This document shows, piece by piece, positions 36,272 to 48,300 of a stretch of DNA of 64,000 nucleotides. The stretch lies in NCBI RefSeq assembly GCF_009914755.1, contig NC_060947.1. One strand, 5' to 3'. Numbering within the stretch: the first letter of the stretch is position 1; each line of letters begins with the position of its first letter. Origin of the DNA: the human T2T-CHM13v2.0 reference genome, Homo sapiens. A model generated the notes under the pieces. The model saw only the letters and a program-made list of their open reading frames with translations, was not told the DNA's origin and did not search any database. Both the position numbers and the translations under genes were made by a program.

Positions 36272-39200
36272 GGATCCCACAGAAAGAGTGTTTCGAAACT
36301 GCTGTTTCAAAAGGAATCTTCAACTCTGTGAGTTGAATGCAATCATCACAAAGAAGTTTCTGACAATGCTTCTCTCTCGTCTTTCTGTGAAGATAAAGGA
36401 AAAGGCTTTCAGGCCTTTTCCACCACAGGCCTGAAAGCGCTCCAAATGTCCACTTGCAGATTCTGTGAAAAGAATATTTCAAAACTGCTCTATGAAAAGC
36501 AATGTTAAACTCTGTGGCTCGAACACAAACATCACAAAGCAGTTTCTGAGAATGCTTCAGTTTAGTTTTTCTGTGGAAATATTCCCGTTTCCAAAGAAAT
36601 CTTCAAAGAGGTCCACGTATCCACTTACAGATTCTACAAAAAGACAGTTTCAAAACTGCTCCATCAAAAGGAGGGTTCAACTGTGTGACTTGAATGCAAT
36701 CATCACTCAGAAGTTTCTGAGAATGCTTCTCTTTAGTTTTTACGTGAACATATACCCGTTTCGAACGAAGGCCACCCAGTGGTCCAAATATCCACTTGCA
36801 GATTCTACAGAAAGAGTGTTTCGAACCTGAACTCTCAAAGGCAGGTTCATCTCTGCGAGTTAAATGCATTCATCATGAAGAACTTTCTCAGAGTGTTTGT
36901 GTTTAGTTATGGGAAATTATTCCCGTTTCCAACGAAATCCTCAGAGAGCTCCAAATATCCACCTGCAGATTCTACCAAAAGTGTATTTGGAAACTGCTCC
37001 ATCAAAAGGCATGTTCAGCTCTGTGAGTGAAACTCCATCATCACAAAGAATATTCTGAGAATGCTTCCGTTTGCCTTTTATATGAAGTTCCTTCCTATAC
37101 TACCGTAGGCCTCAAAGCAGTCCAAATCTCCATTTGCAGATTCTACAAAAAGAGTGATTCCAATCTGCTCTATCAATAGGATTGTTCAACTCCATGTGTT
37201 GAATGCCATCCTCACAATGTCGTTTCTGAGAATGCTTCTATCTAGTTTTTATGTGAAGATATTTCCTTTTCCACCACAGGCCTCAAAGCCCTCCAAACGT
37301 CCACTTTCAGATTCTCGAAAAAGAGTGTTTCATAGCTGCTCTTTCAAAAGGAAAGTTCAACTCTGGGAGTTGAATACAAACATCACAAAGTAGTTTCCGA
37401 GAATGCTTCTGTTTAGTTTTTATGTGAAGATGATCCCGTTTCCAGTGAAATCTTCAAAGAGGTCCACATATCCCCTTGCAGATTCCAAAGAAAGAGAGTT
37501 TCAAAACTGCTCCATCAGAAGGATTGTTCAACTCTGTGAGTTGAATGCAGTCATCGCAGAAAACTTTCTGAGAATGCTTCTGTCTAGGTTTGATGTGAAG
37601 ATATAGACGTTTCAAACGAAGGCTACAAAGTGGTCAAAATATACACTTGCAGATTCTACTACAAGGGTGTTGCAAACCTGAACTATCAAAGGAAGGTTCA
37701 ACTCTGTGAGTTGAATACAAACATCACAAAGAATGTTCTGAGTTTGCTTCCGTTCAGTTATGGGAAGTTGATCCCGTTTCCAACGAAATCCTCAGAGAGG
37801 TCCAAATATCCCCTCGCAGATTCTACAAAACGTGTGTTTGGAAACTGCTCCATCATAACGAATGTTCAGCTCCCTGAGTTAAACTCCATCGTCACAAAGA
37901 ATTTTCTGAGAGTGCTACCGTCTGGTTTTTATATGAAGTTCTTTCCTTCACTACCACAGGCCTCAAAGCGGTCCAAATCTCCACTTGCAGATTCTACAAA
38001 AAGAGTGTTTGCAAACTGCTGTATCAAAAGGAATGTTCAACTCTGGGAGTTGAATGCAATCATCACAGAGCAGTTTCTGAGAATGCTTCTATGTCGTTTT
38101 TAGGAGAAGATATTTCCTTTTCCAACACAGTCCTCCAAGCCCGCTAAATAGCCACTTGCACATTGTAGAAAAAGTGTGTCAAAGCTGCGCTATCAAAGGG
38201 AAAGTTCAACTCTGTGAGGTGAATGCAAACATCCCAAAGAAGTTTCTGAGAATGCTTCCGTTTAGCTTTTAGGTGAAGATTATCCCGTTTCCAACGAAAC
38301 CTTCAAAGAGGTCCAAATATCCCCTTGCGGATCCCACAGAAAGAGTGTTTCGAAACTGCTGTTTCAAAAGGAAAATCAACTCTGTGAGTTGAATGCAATC
38401 ATCACAAAGAAGTTTCTGACAATGCTTCTCTCTCGTCTTTCTGTGAAGATAAAGGAAAAGGCTTTCAGGCCTTTTCCACCACAGGCCTGAAAGCGCTCCA
38501 AATGTCCACTTGCAGATTCTGCCAAAAGAATATTTCAAAACTGCTCTATGAAAAGCAATGTTAAACTCTGTGGCTCGAACACAAACATCACAAAGCGGTT
38601 TCTGAGAATGCTTCAGTTTAGTTTTTCTGTGGAAATATTCCCGTTTCCAAAGAAATCTTCAAAGAGGTCCACGTATCCACTTACAGATTCTACAAAAAGA
38701 CAGTTTCAAAACTGCTCCATCAAAAGGAGGGTTCAACTGTGTGACTTGAATGCAATCATCACTCAGAAGTTTCTGAGAATGCTTCTCTTTAGTTTTTACA
38801 TGAACATATACCCGTTTCGAACGAAGGCCACCCAGTGGTCCAAATATCCACTTGCAGATTCTACAGAAAGAGTGTTTCGAACCTGAACTCTCAAAGGCAG
38901 GTTCATCTCTGCGAGTTAAATGCATTCATCATGAAGAACTTTCTCAGAGTGTTTGTGTTTAGTTATGGGAAATTATTCCCGTTTCCAACGAAATCCTCAG
39001 AGAGCTCCAAATATCCACCTGCAGATTCTACCAAAAGTGTATTTGGAAACTGCTCCATCAAAAGGCATGTTCAGCTCTGTGAGTGAAACTCCATCATCAC
39101 AAAGAATATTCTGAGAATGCTTCCGTTTGCCTTTTATATGAAGTTCCTTCCTATACTACCGTAGGCCTCAAAGCAGTCCAAATCTCCATTTGCAGATTCT

Positions 39201-42200
39201 ACAAAAAGAGTGATTCCAATCTGCTCTATCAATAGGATTGTTCAACTCCATGAGTTGAATGCCATCCTCACAAAGTCGTTTCTGAGAATGCTTCTATCTA
39301 GTTTTTATGTGAAGATATTTCCTTTTCCACCACAGGCCTCAAAGCCCTCCAAACGTCCACTTGCAGATTCTCGAAAAAGAGTGTTTCATAGCTGCTCTTT
39401 CAAAAGGAAAGTTCAACTCTGGGAGTTGAATACAAATATCACAAAGTAGTTTCCGAGAATGCTTCTGTTTAGTTTTTATGTGAAGATGATCCCGTTTCCA
39501 GTGAAATCTTCAAAGAGGTCCACATATCCCCTTGCAGATTCCAAAGAAAGAGGGTTTCAAAACTGCTCCATCAGAAGGATTGTTCAACTCTGTGAGTTGA
39601 ATGCAGTCATCGCAGAAAACTTTCTGAGAATGCTTCTGTCTAGGTTTGATGTGAAGATATAGACGTTTCAAACGAAGGCTACAAAGTGGTCAAAATATAC
39701 ACTTGCAGATTCTACTACAAGGGTGTTGCAAACCTGAACTATCAAAGGAAGGTTCAACTCTGTGAGTTGAATACAAACATCACAAAGAATGTTCTGAGTT
39801 TGCTTCCGTTCAGTTATGGGAAGTTGATCCCGTTTCCAACGAAATCCTCAGAGAGGTCCAAATATCCCCTTGCAGATTCTACAAAACGTGTGTTTGGAAA
39901 CTGCTCCATCATAACGAATGTTCAGCTCCCTGAGTTAAACTCCATCGTCACAAAGAATTTTCTGAGAGTGCTACCGTCTGGTTTTTATATGAAGTTCTTT
40001 CCTTCACTACCACAGGCCTCAAAGCGGTCCAAATCTCCACTTGCAGATTCTACAAAAAGAGTGTTTGCAAACTGCTCTATCAAAAGGAATGTTCAACTCT
40101 GGGAGTTGAATGCAATCATCACAGAGCAGTTTCTGAGAATGCTTCTATGTCGTTTTTAGGAGAAGATATTTCCTTTTCCAACACAGTCCTCCAAGCCCGC
40201 TAAATAGCCACTTGCACATTGTAGAAAAAGTGTGTCAAAGCTGCGCTATCAAAGGGAAAGTTCAACTCTGTGAGGTGAATGCAAACATCCCAAAGAAGTT
40301 TCTGAGAATGCTTCCGTTTAGCTTTTAGGTGAAGATTATCCCGTTTCCAACGAAACCTTCAAAGAGGTCCAAATATCCCCTTGCGGATCCCACAGAAAGA
40401 GTGTATCGAAACTGCTGTTTCAAAAGGAATCTTCAACTCTGTGAGTTGAATGCAATCATCACAAAGAAGTTTCTGACAATGCTTCTCTCTCGTCTTTCTG
40501 TGAAGATAAAGGAAAAGGCTTTCAGGCCTTTTCCACCACAGGCCTGAAAGCGCTCCAAATGTCCACTTGCAGATTCTGTGAAAAGAATATTTCAAAACTG
40601 CTCTATGAAAAGCAATGTTAAACTCTGTGGCTCGAACACAAACATCACAAAGCAGTTTCTGAGAATGCTTCAGTTTAGTTTTTCCGTGGAAATATTCCCG
40701 TTTCCAAAGAAATCTTCAAAGAGGTCCACGTATCCACTTACAGATTCTACAAAAAGACAGTTTCAAAACTGCTCCATCAAAAGGAGGGTTCAACTATGTG
40801 ACTTGAATGCAATCATCACTCAGAAGTTTCTGAGAATGCTTCTTTTTAGTTTTTATGTGAACATATACCCGTTTCGAACGAAGGCCACCCAGTGGTCCAA
40901 ATATCCACTTGCAGATTCTACAGAAAGAGTGTTTCGAACCTGAACTCTCAAAGGCAGGTTCATCTCTGCGAGTTAAATGCATTCATCATGAAGAACTTTC
41001 TCAGAGTGTTTGTGTTTAGTTATGGGAAATTATTCCCGTTTCCAACGAAATCCTCAGAGAGCTCCAAATATCCACCTGCAGATTCTACCAAAAGTGTATT
41101 TGGAAACTGCTCCATCAAAAGGCATGTTCAGCTCTGTGAGTGAAACTCCATCATCACAAAGAATATTCTGAGAATGCTTCCGTTTGCCTTTTATATGAAG
41201 TTCCTTCCTATACTACCGTAGGCCTCAAAGCAGTCCAAATCTCCATTTGCAGATTCTACAAAAAGAGTGATTCCAATCTGCTCTATCAATAGGATTGTTC
41301 AACTCCATGAGTTGAATTCCATCCTCACAATGTCGTTTGTGAGAATGCTTCTATCTAGTTTTTATGTGAAGATATTTCCTTTTCCACCACAGGCCTCAAA
41401 GCCCTCCAAACGTCCACTTGCAGATTCTCGAAAAAGAGTGTTTCATAGCTGCTCTTTCAAAAGGAAAGTTCAACTCTGGGAGTTGAATACAAACATCCCA
41501 AAGTAGTTTCCGAGAATGCTTATATTTAGTTTTTATGTGAAGATGATCCCGTTTCCAGTGAAATCTTCAAAGAGGTCCACATATTCCCTTGCAGATTCCA
41601 AAGAAAGAGGGTTTCAAAACTGCTCCATCAGAAGGATTGTTCAACTCTGTGAGTTGAATGCAGTCATCGCAGAAAACTTTCTAAGAATGCTTCTGTCTAG
41701 GTTTGATGTGAAGATATAGACGTTTCAAACGAAGGCTACAAAGTGGTCAAAATATACACTTGCAGATTCTACTACAAGGGTGTTGCAAACCTGAACTATC
41801 AAAGGAAGGTTCAACTCTGTGAGTTGAATACAAACATCACAAAGAATGTTCTGAGTTTGCTTCCGTTCAGTTATGGGAAGTTGATCCCGTTTCCAACGAA
41901 ATCCTCAGAGAGGTCCAAATATCCCCTCGCAGATTCTACAAAACGTGTGTTTGGAAACTGCTCCATCATAACGAATGTTCAGCTCCCTGAGTTAAACTCC
42001 ATCGTCACAAAGAATTTTCTGAGAGTGCTACCGTCTGGTTTTTATATGAAGTTCTTTCCTTCACTACCACAGGCCTCAAAGCGGTCCAAATCTCCACTTG
42101 CAGATTCTACAAAAAGAGTGTTTGCAAACTGCTCTATCAAAAGGAATGTTCAACTCTGGGAGTTGAATGCAATCATCACAGAGCAGTTTCTGAGAATGCT

Positions 42201-42441
42201 TCTATGTCGTTTTTAGGAGAAGATATTTCCTTTTCCAACACAGTCCTCCAAGCCCGCTAAATAGCCACTTGCACATTGTAGAAAAAGTGTGTCAAAGCTG
42301 CGCTATCAAAGGGAAAGTTCAACTCTGTCAGGTGAATGCAAACATCCCAAAGAAGTTTCTGAGAATGCTTCCGTTTAGCTTTTAGGTGAAGATTATCCCG
42401 TTTCCAACGAAAGCTTCAAAGAGGTCCAAATATCCCCTTGC

Positions 42442-45349
42442 GGATCCCACAGAAAGAGTGTTTCGAAACTGCTGTTTCAAAAGGAATCTTCAACTCTGTG
42501 AGTTGAATGCAATCATCACAAAGAAGTTTCTGACAATGCTTCTCTCTCGTCTTTCTGTGAAGATAAAGGAAAAGGCTTTCAGGCCTTTTCCACCACAGGC
42601 CTGAAAGCGCTCCAAATGTCCACTTGCAGATTCTGCGAAAAGAATATTTCAAAACTGCTCTATGAAAAGCAATGTTAAACTCTGTGGCTCGAACACAAAC
42701 ATCACAAAGCAGTTTCTGAGAATGCTTCAGTTTAGTTTTTCTGTGGAAATATTCCCGTTTCCAAAGAAATCTTCAAAGAGGTCCACGTATCCACTTACAG
42801 ATTCTACAAAAAGACAGTTTCAAAACTACTCCATCAAAAGGAGGGTTCAACTATGTGACTTGAATGCAATCATCACTCAGAAGTTTCTGAGAATGCTTCT
42901 TTTTAGTTTTTATGTGAACATATACCCGTTTCGAACGAAGGCCACCCAGTGGTCCAAATATCCACTTGCAGATTCTACAGAAAGAGTGTTTCGAACCTGA
43001 ACTCTCAAAGGCAGGTTCATCTCTGCGAGTTAAATGCATTCATCATGAAGAACTTTCTCAGAGTGTTTGTGTTTAGTTATGGGAAATTATTCCTGTTTCC
43101 AACGAAATCCTCAGAGAGCTCCAAATATCCACCTGCAGATTCTACCAAAAGTGTATTTGGAAACTGCTCCATCAAAAGGCATGTTCAGCTCTGTGAGTGA
43201 AACTCCATCATCACAAAGAATATTCTGAGAATGCTTCCGTTTGCCTTTTATATGAAGTTCCTTCCTATACTACCGTAGGCCTCAAAGCAGTCCAAATCTC
43301 CATTTGCAGATTCTACAAAAAGAGTGATTCCAATCTGCTCTATCAATAGGATTGTTCAACTCCATGAGTTGAATTCCATCCTCACAATGTCGTTTGTGAG
43401 AATGCTTCTATCTAGTTTTTATGTGAAGATATTTCCTTTTCCACCACAGGCCTCAAAGCCCTCCAAACGTCCACTTGCAGATTCTCGAAAAAGAGTGTTT
43501 CATAGCTGCTCTTTCAAAAGGAAAGTTCAACTCTGGGAGTTGAATACAAACATCACAAAGTAGTTTCCGAGAATGCTTCTGTTTAGTTTTTATGTGAAGA
43601 TGATCCCGTTTCCAGTGAAATCTTCAAAGAGGTCCACATATCCCCTTGCAGATTCCAAAGAAAGAGGGTTTCAAAACTGCTCCATCAGAAGGATTGTTCA
43701 GCTCTGTGAGTTGAATGCAGTCATCGCAGAAAACTTTCTGAGAATGCTTCTGTCTAGGTTTGATGTGAATATATAGACGTTTCAAACGAAGGCTACAAAG
43801 TGGTCAAAATATACACTTGCAGATTCTACTACAAGGGTGTTGCAAACCTGAACTATCAAAGGAAGGTTCAACTCTGTGAGTTGAATACAAACATCACAAA
43901 GAATGTTCTGAGTTTGCTTCCGTTCAGTTATGGGAAGTTGATCCCGTTTCCAACGAAATCCTCAGAGAGGTCCAAATATCCCCTTGCAGATTCTACAAAA
44001 CGTGTGTTTGGAAACTGCTCCATCATAACGAATGTTCAGCTCCCTGAGTTAAACTCCATCGTCACAAAGAATTTTCTCAGAGTGCTACCGTCTGGTTTTT
44101 ATATGAAGTTCTTTCCTTCACTACCACAGACCTCAAAGCGGTCCAAATCTCCACTTGCAGATTCTACAAAAAGAGTGATTCCAATCTGCTCTATCAATAG
44201 GATTGTTCAACTCCATGAGTTGAATGCCATCCTCACAAAGTAGTTTCTGAGAATGCTTCTATCTGGTTTTTGTGTGAAGATATTTCCTTTTCCACCACAG
44301 GCCTCAAAGCCCTCCAAACGTCCACTTGCAGATTCTCGAAAAAGAGTGTTTCATAGCTGCTCTTTCAAAAGGAAAGTTCAACTCTGGGAGTTGAATACAA
44401 ACATCACAAAATAGTTTCCGAGAATGCTTCTGTTTAGTTTTTATGTGAAGATGATCCCGTTTCCAGTGAAATCTTCAAAGAGGTCCACATATCCCCTTGC
44501 AGATTCCAAAGAAAGAGGGTTTCAAAACTGCTCCATCAGAAGGATTTTTCAACTCTGTGAGTTGAATGCAGTCATCGCAGAAAACTTTCTGAGAATGCTT
44601 CTGTCTAGGTTTGATGTGAAGATATAGACGTTTCAAACGAAGGCTACAAAGTGGTCAAAATATACACTTGCAGATTCTACTACAAGGGTGTTGCAAACCT
44701 GAACTATCAAAGGAAGGTTCAACTCTGTGAGTTGAATACAAACGTCACAAAGAATGTTCTGAGTTTGCTTCCGTTCAGTTATGGGAAGTTGATCCCGTTT
44801 CCAACGAAATCCTCAGAGAGGTCCAAATATCCCCTCGCAGATTCTACAAAACGTGTGTTTGGAAACTGCTCCATCATAACGAATGTTCAGCTCCCTGAGT
44901 TAAACTCCATCGTCACAAAGAATTTTCTGAGAGTGCTACCGTCTGGTTTTTATATGAAGTTCTTTCCTTCACTACCACAGGCCTCAAAGCGGTCCAAATC
45001 TCCACTTGCAGATTCTACAAAAAGAGTGTTTGCAAACTGCTCTATCAAAAGGAATGTTCAACTCTGGGAGTTGAATGCAATCATCACAGAGCAGTTTCTG
45101 AGAATGCTTCTATGTCGTTTTTAGGAGAAGATATTTCCTTTTCCAACACAGTCCTCCAAGCCCGCTAAATAGCCACTTGCACATTGTAGAAAAAGTGTGT
45201 CAAAGCTGTGCTATCAAAGGGTAAGTTCAACTCTGTGAGGTGAATGCAAACATCCCAAAGAAGTTTCTGAGAATGCTTCCGTTTAGCTTTTAGGTGAAGA
45301 TTATCCCGTTTCCAACGAAACCTTCAAAGAGGTCCAAATATCCCCTTGC
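42442..45349 (-). repeat. Second 17-mer HOR variant (2908 bp)
   Basis: BamHI 42442 to 45350, with an identical chimeric junction at 44155-44177. Confidence 0.93.
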
Positions 45350-48300
45350 GGATCCCACAGAAAGAGTGTTTCGAAACTGCTGTTTCAAAAGGAATCTTCA
45401 ACTCTGTGAGTTGAATGCAATCATCACAAAGAAGTTTCTGACAATGCTTCTCTCTCGTCTTTCTGTGAAGATAAAGGAAAAGGCTTTCAGGCCTTTTCCA
45501 CCACAGGCCTGAAAGCGCTCCAAATGTCCACTTGCAGATTCTGTGAAAAGAATATTGCAAAACTGCTCTATGAAAAGCAATGTTAAACTCTGTGGCTCGA
45601 ACACAAACATCACAAAGCAGTTTCTGAGAATGCTTCAGTTTAGTTTTTCTGTGGAAATATTCCCGTTTCCAAAGAAATCTTCAAAGAGGTCCACGTATCC
45701 ACTTACAGATTCTACAAAAAGACAGTTTCAAAACTGCTCCATCAAAAGGAGGGTTCAACTGTGTGACTTGAATGCAATCATCACTCAGAAGTTTCTGAGA
45801 ATGCTTCTCTTTAGTTTTTACGTGAACATATACCCGTTTCGAACGAAGGCCACCCAGTGGTCCAAATATCCACTTGCAGATTCTACAGAAAGAGTGTTTC
45901 GAACCTGAACTCTCAAAGGCAGGTTCATCTCTGCGAGTTAAATGCATTCATCATGAAGAACTTTCTCAGAGTGTTTGTGTTTAGTTATGGGAAATTATTC
46001 CCGTTTCCAACGAAATCCTCAGAGAGCTCCAAATATCCACCTGCAGATTCTACCAAAAGTGTATTTGGAAACTGCTCCATCAAAAGGCATGTTCAGCTCT
46101 GTGAGTGAAACTCCATCATCACAAAGAATATTCTGAGAATGCTTCCGTTTGCCTTTTATATGAAGTTCCTTCCTGTACTACCGTAGGCCTCAAAGCAGTC
46201 CAAATCTCCATTTGCAGATTCTACAAAAAGAGTGATTCCAATCTGCTCTATCAATAGGATTGTTCAACTCCATGAGTTGAATGCCATCCTCACAAAGTAG
46301 TTTCTGAGAATGCTTCTATCTGGTTTTTGTGTGAAGATATTTCCTTTTCCACCACAGACCTCAAAGCCCTCCAAACGTCCACTTGCAGATTCTCGAAAAA
46401 GAGTGTTTCATAGCTGCTCTTTCAAAAGGAAAGTTCAACTCTGGGAGTTGAATACAAACATCACAAACTAGTTTCCGAGAATGCTTCTGTTTAGTTTTTA
46501 TGTGAAGATGATCCCGTTTCCAGTGAAATCTTCAAAGAGGTCCACATATCCCCTTGCAGATTCCAAAGAAAGAGGGTTTCAAAACTGCTCCATCAAAAGG
46601 ATTGTTCAACTCTGTGAGTTGAATGCAGTCATCGCAGAAAACTTTCTGAGAATGCTTCTGTCTAGGTTTGATGTGAAGATATAGACGTTTCAAACGAAGG
46701 CTACAAAGTGGTCAAAATATACACTTGCAGATTCTACTACAAGGGTGTTGCAAACCTGAACTATCAAAGGAAGGTTCAACTCTGTGAGTTGAATACAAAC
46801 ATCACAAAGAATGTTCTGAGTTTGCTTCCGTTCAGTTATGGGAAGTTGATCCCGTTTCCAGCGAAATCCTCAGAGAGGTCCAAATATCCCCTTGCAGTTT
46901 CTACAAAACGTGTGTTTGGAAACTGCTCCATCATAACGAATGTTCAGCTCCCTGAGTTAAACTCCATCGTCACAAAGAATTTTCTGAGAGTGCTACCGTC
47001 TGGTTTTTATATGAAGTTCTTTCCTTTACTACCATAGGCCTCAAAGCGGTCCAAATCTCCACTTGCAGATTCTACAAAAAGAGTGTTTGCAAACTGCTCT
47101 ATCAAAAGGAATGTTCAACCCTGGGAGTTGAATGCAATCATCACAGAGCAGTTTCTGAGAATGCTTCTATGTCGTTTTTAGGAGAAGATATTTCCTTTTC
47201 CAACACAGTCCTCCAAGCCCGCTAAATAGCCACTTGCACATTGTAGAAAAAGTGTGTCAAAGCTGCGCTATCAAAGGGAAAGTTCAACTCTGTGAGGTGA
47301 ATGCAAACATCCCAAAGAAGTTTCTGAGAGTGCTTCCGTTTAGCTTTTAGGTGAAGATTATCCCGCTTCCAACGAAACCTTCAAAGAGGTCCAAATATCC
47401 CCTTGCGGATCCCTCAGAAAGAGTGTTTCGAAACTGCTGTTTCAAAAGGAATCTTCAACTCTGTGAGTTGAATGCAATCATCACAAAGAAGTTTCTGACA
47501 ATGCTTCTCTCTCGTCTTTCTGTGAAGATAAAGGAAAAGGCTTTCAGGCCTTTTCCACCACAGGCCTGAAAGCGCTCCAAATGTCCACTTGCAGATTCTG
47601 CCAAAAGAATATTTCAAAACTGCTCTATGAAAAGCAATGTTAAACTCTGTGGCTCGAACACAAACATCACAAAGCAGTTTCTGAGAATGCTTCAGTTTAG
47701 TTTTTCTGTGGAAATATTCCCGTTTCCAAAGAAATCTTCAAAGAGGTCCACGTATCCACTTACAGATTCTACAAAAAGACAGTTTCAAAACTGCTCCATC
47801 AAAAGGAGGGTTCAACTGTGTGACTTGAATGCAATCATCACTCAGAAGTTTCTGAGAATGCTTCTCTTTAGTTTTTACGTGAACATATACCCGTTTCGAA
47901 CGAACGCCACCCAGTGGTCCAAATATCCACTTGCAGATTCTACAGAGTGTTTCGAACCTGAACTCTCAAAGGCAGGTTCATCTCTGCGAGTTAAATGCAT
48001 TCATCATGAAGAACTTTCTCAGAGTGTTTGTGTTTAGTTATGGGAAATTATTCCCTTTTCCAACGAAATCCTCAGAGTGGTCCAAATATCCACCTGCAGA
48101 TTCTACCAAAAGTGTATTTGGAAACTGCTCCATCAAAAGGCATGTTCAGCTCTGTGAGTGAAACTCCATCATCACAAAGAATATTCTGAGAATGCTTCCG
48201 TTTGCCTTTTATATGAAGTTCCTTCCTGTACTACCGTAGGCCTCAAAGCAGTCCAAATCTCCATTTGCAGATTCTACAAAAAGAGTGATTCCAATCTGCT

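Noticed and set aside
46849-47377. Variants ccaGcgaaa (box 4) and tcccgCttcc (box 1) as CENP-B box losses
   Set aside because: The changes fall at N positions of the NTTCGNNNNANNCGGGN core, so the boxes still conform.
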